Below are positions 59,255-64,000 of a stretch of 64,000 nt of DNA, piece after piece. The first letter of the stretch is position 1. Each line of letters starts with the position of its first letter. The DNA comes from Desulfatiglandales bacterium (GTDB taxonomy: Bacteria > Desulfobacterota > DSM-4660 > Desulfatiglandales > Desulfatiglandaceae). The notes beneath the pieces were generated by a model that worked only from the letters and a program-made list of their open reading frames with translations, was not told the origin of the DNA and did no database searches. The translations under genes were made by a program, and so were the position numbers. The DNA lies in the NCBI GenBank assembly GCA_963662465.1, contig OY759599.1:7296001-7360000 (forward strand), written 5' to 3'.

Positions 59255-61201
59255 ATGCTAAACATCATAACAAGACGAACTTTCTGGATCATGTTTATCG
59301 CGGATGCGCTTCTTGTGGGCTTGTCGTTTTATTTGGCTTATTTGTTGCGTTTTGATGGCGCTATTCCATCTCTTTATTTTGATGATTTTGTGAAGACTGT
59401 TTGCTGGGTTGTCCCTGTTAAACTGGCGGGTCTGGTTTTTTTTGGATCATATAAGGGCATGTGTCGATACACAGGACTCTATGACCTCGAAAACCTGGTC
59501 AAAGCGTGTGTTGTCAGCTCGGCGATTATTGTTTCCATCTTGGTGATCAAGGTTCGCTTCGTGGGTTTTCCTCGCAGCGTTTTTGCCATTGATCTGTTGC
59601 TGACCTTTCTCTTTTTGTCAGGAGTTCGAGTTTGTATTCGCCTTTTTTTGACCCCTGGGCATGGTCAAATCAAGATCCCTTTTCTTGGCAGGGTTGATAG
59701 GGATGGGGTAAGGGTTTTGGTTGTGGGCGCCGGGTCTGCCGGTGAGAAACTCCTCCGGGAAATCAAGGAAAACCCTGAAATTGATTATCAGGTTGCAGGG
59801 TGTATTGACGATGACGCTAAAAAGCTCAAGCAGACCATCCATGGGGTCCCTGTCCTGGGGTCTGTGGATGACATTAAGGAGATTTCAAAAAGAGAAGCGG
59901 TTGACGAAATTATCATTGCTATTTCTGCCGCCTCTGCCATGGAAATGAGGCGGGTTGTGGGTGCCTGTGAGGCAACAGGGCTTCCCTGTAAGACGGTCCC
60001 CGGTGTTGGAGAATTGATAGAGGGGAAGGTGTCGGTGCGATCCATCCGAAGGGTTCGGTATGAAGATCTCCTTGGGAGGAGGCAGGTTCAATTGAATCTG
60101 AAGCAGATAGGGGGCTATCTGACCGATAAACGGGTTATGGTGACCGGAGGGGTAGGCTCCATTGGGTCTGAGTTGTGTCGGCAGATTATTCGATTTACAC
60201 CTAAAAAACTGATTATTGTGGATATCAATGAGTCGGGCCTATATGATATGGAGATGGATTTCAAGTCTAAGTTGGCTGACACGGAGATCGTCCCTGTTTT
60301 ATGTCCCATTCAGGACCGACATGTGATGAGCCGTATTTTTGAGCGGGAAAATCCTGATGTGGTCTTTCATGCTGCGGCGTACAAGCATGTGCCCATGATG
60401 GAACTTCATCCCTGGGAGGCGGTGCTGAATAATATTGTGGGGACGCAGTGTATTTTGGATCTATGCGCCAGGATGGATGTGTGGAGATGCGTGGTGGTTT
60501 CCACGGATAAAGCGGTACGCCCCACCAATGTGATGGGTACTTCCAAACGGATTGGCGAATTGTTGGCACAGGCCTATGCAAGGGAATTGGGCGCACGAAA
60601 CATGTGTGTTCGTTTTGGAAATGTGATTTACAGTGTGGGAAGCGTGGTGCCGTTATTTAGGAAGCAGATCGAACGAGGGGGTCCCGTCACCCTGACCCAT
60701 AGAGATGTGATGCGATATTTCATGACTATTCCCGAAGCTTCCAGGTTAATTTTACAGGCAGGTGCCATTGGAAACGGGGGGGAGATTTTTATTTTGAAGA
60801 TGGGAACGCCTATCCGGATTGCGGATATGGCACGGGACCTGATCCGTTTATCGGGTTTTGAGCCCGATACGGAGATTGAGATTAAAGAGATTGGACTGAG
60901 GCCCGGGGAAAAGTTGATCGAGGAGTTGATTACGGAAGGGGAGGGGATTCAGGAGACTGAGCATGAGGAGATTATGGTGCTTAGGGCGGATGACAGCGGG
61001 CGGATGACAGAGGATGGAGGTCAGAGGACTGAAGAGAGCGTCAGGCGTAATGACGCTACGGGGCAGGGTGGGAGTGTGTTGACCTTGAAGGTGTTGCGGA
61101 AGCATATTAAGCGACTGGTGAATTTTGCGGAAGCGGGGGATGGGGATAAGATTCGAGAGGAGTTGAAACGGATTGTGCCGGAGTATGATCCGAAGGGATA
61201 G
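59255..61201 (+). CDS. Nucleoside-diphosphate sugar dehydratase (PglF/CapD-like)
   Basis: Four N-terminal TM segments, TGGVGSIGSEL, FHAAAYKHVP, STDKAVRPTNVMG, VRFGNV and GLRPGEKL. Confidence 0.93.
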   Translation: MLNIITRRTFWIMFIADALLVGLSFYLAYLLRFDGAIPSLYFDDFVKTVCWVVPVKLAGLVFFGSYKGMCRYTGLYDLENLVKACVVSSAIIVSILVIKVRFVGFPRSVFAIDLLLTFLFLSGVRVCIRLFLTPGHGQIKIPFLGRVDRDGVRVLVVGAGSAGEKLLREIKENPEIDYQVAGCIDDDAKKLKQTIHGVPVLGSVDDIKEISKREAVDEIIIAISAASAMEMRRVVGACEATGLPCKTVPGVGELIEGKVSVRSIRRVRYEDLLGRRQVQLNLKQIGGYLTDKRVMVTGGVGSIGSELCRQIIRFTPKKLIIVDINESGLYDMEMDFKSKLADTEIVPVLCPIQDRHVMSRIFERENPDVVFHAAAYKHVPMMELHPWEAVLNNIVGTQCILDLCARMDVWRCVVVSTDKAVRPTNVMGTSKRIGELLAQAYARELGARNMCVRFGNVIYSVGSVVPLFRKQIERGGPVTLTHRDVMRYFMTIPEASRLILQAGAIGNGGEIFILKMGTPIRIADMARDLIRLSGFEPDTEIEIKEIGLRPGEKLIEELITEGEGIQETEHEEIMVLRADDSGRMTEDGGQRTEESVRRNDATGQGGSVLTLKVLRKHIKRLVNFAEAGDGDKIREELKRIVPEYDPKG

Positions 61202-61482
61202 ATCACCACCGAGACACAGAGGACACGGAGAAAAATTTTTTTGACTGAAACAGAGATCACAGGTTTGCACTGCAGACCCACACGGATTGACACAGACTAA
61301 CGGCCACCCCGGTTGAACATATTCACAGGAAACCGAACATGAAGAAATTATGGTTTTGCGTGGTGAGGATAGCCTTTCCATGAAAGGGAATCCGAAAAGA
61401 ATTATAAAGGATTGTACTAGCGTATAATCTGGAAGGCGGGAAAAACACTTTGGTTGCCTATTATGAGCATTGGACTTAGAAT

Positions 61483-63162
61483 CAATACCCGTGAATGAAT
61501 TGGCTTCACTTTTTCTGAGGCCAATCCTCAGTAAAGATAATCGTCAAAATAAAAAGAAATTCTATATAAAAGCGAGAAAAAACGATCTAATAAGGCCATA
61601 CGGCTGATTTTAGCGAATAATGCCGCAATACGGAGCGGGACATTCGCTTCATACTCGTTTAAACTCTGATGGGTTCATGTAAAGACCAACTAATCAGAAA
61701 ACTTAGACGAGGATAGAGTCATGATCAAAAGGGTTTCAGAAATTTTTTCCAAAATTGAAAGTGATTTTGAGTTTGCTCCTTTTGAAAAAATTATTCAACC
61801 GATCATTGAGGATGCTCTCAAAGAACATCAGAAAGACAAATACAGGAAAGGCACGATTCTGACGCCGGTTGTTTTGGTTTGGCTATGCTTTGCATTAGCT
61901 TTGCGTCGAAACTTGAATTACGACAAAACTTTGAACTGGCTGGTCGCCGGTATGCGCTGGAAGGATTTGGATTTCCATGGAAAATTTGTAAAAGCAGGCA
62001 CGATTAGCCATGCTCGATCCAAAATGGGAATTGACGTCTTTCGTACCATTTTTTACAGATTTGCTTCGACTTTCAAAGACATTGAACCTCCTGATTTTCA
62101 TGGAATGAGAACCGCTATGTTTGATGGTACCTCCTTGACAATGCCGGACACTGAAAGCAATTGGCAAAAGTTTGGAAAACACAACTCGGGAAGAGGCTAC
62201 GGCGCATTCCCGCAAATGAGATTGGTTGCATTAATGGGTCTGACTGCCCGTCGAATTATAGATATTGCTTATGCTCCCTACAAAGGAAAAAAGACCGGCG
62301 AAAGAACCTTGATGTTTCAAATCCTGAAAAGATGTTCAATAGAAAGCGCATTATTGCTTTTTGATGCTGGATTTTACTCATTTGATTTGGCCAATTATAT
62401 GTTCGAGAATGGGATTCAACACATTATGAAAATAGCAAAATCGGGAAAATTAAAACCAATTCCTGGTTCCCAAATGCTTGACGGCAGTTATCTGAGCAAA
62501 ATTGACGGGAAAATCGTTGAATCGGAAGACCCGAAAACCGGCCGGAAAAAATGGAAAAAGGTTGAAATAATCGTTCGTGTAATTCATTTCCAAATTCCAG
62601 GTTTTCGACCTGTACGTTTAATTACAAGCCTCTTGGATTCAGATATCAGCGCAAAAGAGATTGTCACCCATTATCATAAGCGCTGGGATATAGAAATTGC
62701 TTTTGATGAAATTAAAACTCATCAGTGCGCTACTCTTAAAGGGCAAATGCCGACCATAATTCGTAGTAAACGCAGTGATTTGGTTGAACAGGAATTGTAT
62801 TCAATAATGATCGTATACAATCTGATTCGCTCTTTGATCCAAGAAGCAACAAACATGGAAGGCGGTGATCCTTTGTTGATCAGTTTCGTAGATACTGTCG
62901 ATCTTATCATACAAAGTGCCCCACTCATGAGTATGATAACGGGAAAGAGAAAAGAAAAGCGGTCTTTTCTGCTTAAAATGATCGCAGAATCAAAAATTGA
63001 TAGACCACGCAGACCCAGACGTAATCCACGGGTCATAAAAGTAAAAATGTCTAATTTCAAACGAAAGCGTAGCAAGGATAAATCGCAAACCGTCCATTTC
63101 AATCAAGATGTGGAAGTCCTGTACAAAAAGGCAGCATGAACATCATTCATTCACGGGTATTG
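61483..63162 (+). mobile_element. IS4-family insertion sequence, intact
   Basis: Perfect 18-bp IR CAATACCCGTGAATGAAT; 10-bp TSD GACTTAGAAT. Confidence 0.95.
61721..63139 (+). CDS. IS4-family DDE transposase
   Basis: FDGTSL, FPQMR, FDAGFYS and YHKRWDIEIAFDEIK (YREK). Confidence 0.95.
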   Translation: MIKRVSEIFSKIESDFEFAPFEKIIQPIIEDALKEHQKDKYRKGTILTPVVLVWLCFALALRRNLNYDKTLNWLVAGMRWKDLDFHGKFVKAGTISHARSKMGIDVFRTIFYRFASTFKDIEPPDFHGMRTAMFDGTSLTMPDTESNWQKFGKHNSGRGYGAFPQMRLVALMGLTARRIIDIAYAPYKGKKTGERTLMFQILKRCSIESALLLFDAGFYSFDLANYMFENGIQHIMKIAKSGKLKPIPGSQMLDGSYLSKIDGKIVESEDPKTGRKKWKKVEIIVRVIHFQIPGFRPVRLITSLLDSDISAKEIVTHYHKRWDIEIAFDEIKTHQCATLKGQMPTIIRSKRSDLVEQELYSIMIVYNLIRSLIQEATNMEGGDPLLISFVDTVDLIIQSAPLMSMITGKRKEKRSFLLKMIAESKIDRPRRPRRNPRVIKVKMSNFKRKRSKDKSQTVHFNQDVEVLYKKAA

Positions 63163-63371
63163 GACTTAGAATGGTTTTGGAGTTTGATTGAAAGGGCTTT
63201 GCAGCCATCAGTAGGTGCAGATGAAATGACGGATTCGTACAGAACAGCAATGAAAGCTTTAGAGAATTTTATCGAAGCGGCATATGAAGCCATATGTCGC
63301 TTTTTGGGTTTGTAGATATGTCCAAGCAGGCGAAAGCGCTCAACAGGAATCCTGCGCAATTTATAAATTTT

Positions 63372-63454
63372 GGTTCATCGCGGATTAACGTGAAATCGTG
63401 CTTTGAGATTGTTTCGGCTCAGAAGCCAAATCTCACATGAACCCACGATGAGCC
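63372..63454. mobile_element. 83-bp MITE, second copy (inverted, no insert)
   Basis: Reverse complement of 35303-35457 minus the REP insert; flanks TAAATTTT/TAAATTCT (7/8 match). Confidence 0.85.
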
Positions 63455-63477
63455 TAAATTCTAAAGGGATTCGAATT

Positions 63478-64000
63478 GTGTTTACCGGGATGGTGTGTTT
63501 TTTTTTGGGGGCCAATCTGCTATACCGTTTTTGTACAATATTTGGTTATAGTCATTTTGTGGGCGGCCTTTTCATATTCTTGGGAATGTGTTCTTTGTTT
63601 GTTATTTTGTTCCCAAAGTATTTGAGAACGTTTCTATTCTTTTTCGGAGGTTCTTTTTTTCTTTTTGGTTTTCGGTCGTACGATATACAGAGCCAGGTAT
63701 TTGAAACGAGTGTCGTGTTTGTGGCCATAGCCGCATTCATTGTCGGCCTGCGAAGTAGATCGAAAAGATCTGTAATTTCACCTCTGTTTGCATTCATTAT
63801 CTGCTATGCTGCCCTTTCCATGCTTTCAGTGCTGTTATTGCCCTTAGGGCATGTTATTCGAGATTTTTGGCTGTTTGGGTGGAAGACTTCACTTTTTCAA
63901 GTGGCGAACGCCTTTCCCGAAGTGCCGTGCTATTCTTTGGGTGGGATCAATCGCTTAATCCTTTTTTGCGTGCTGGCCCGGACGCTTTCAAGAATACCGA
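63478..64000 (+). CDS. Partial polytopic membrane protein (possibly O-antigen ligase-like)
   Basis: Hydrophobic frame open from GTG 63478/ATG 63490 to the window end; function guessed from context only. Confidence 0.5.
   Translation, partial: MFTGMVCFFLGANLLYRFCTIFGYSHFVGGLFIFLGMCSLFVILFPKYLRTFLFFFGGSFFLFGFRSYDIQSQVFETSVVFVAIAAFIVGLRSRSKRSVISPLFAFIICYAALSMLSVLLLPLGHVIRDFWLFGWKTSLFQVANAFPEVPCYSLGGINRLILFCVLARTLSRIP

Noticed and set aside
61460..63320. A gene interrupted by the IS4 element
   Set aside because: Rejoining the flanks gives no convincing continuous ORF because of stops just upstream of the target site.

Overview
Window from a sulfate-reducing deltaproteobacterium (Desulfobacterota). 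The qmoAB-hdrCB layout without qmoC is reminiscent of Desulfatiglans/NaphS2-like lineages; this is inference. 0-11.6 kb: partial regulator, IS91-type remnant, NSS transporter, DUF900 hydrolase, membrane acyltransferase-like protein, double glycosyltransferase, flippase and an intact IS1634. 11.8-33 kb, energy core: hdrL(hdrA)-flxDCBA with two in-frame UGA (selenocysteine) codons and SECIS-like hairpins that the ORF track splits, a divergent PAS kinase/sigma-54 regulator pair, pfkA, then aprBA-qmoAB-hdrCB. 34-64 kb: a surface polysaccharide locus (wzz, DegT-type aminotransferases, GTs, wzx, wzy, pglC/pglF-like) heavily invaded by mobile DNA. At 37.3-46.8 kb there is a five-layer nest: IS5-type ends > IS701-like remnant > an unclassified element with a Rep_trans-like motif > ISNCY > a 4.7 kb IS21-like transposon carrying zinc-finger, wHTH and ParB genes. 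Also present are IS5, IS4, two MITE types, a REP doublet and 7/8-bp repeats inserted in-frame in enzyme genes. No rRNA, tRNA or CRISPR array was seen. All assignments come from reading motifs by eye; no database searches were run.
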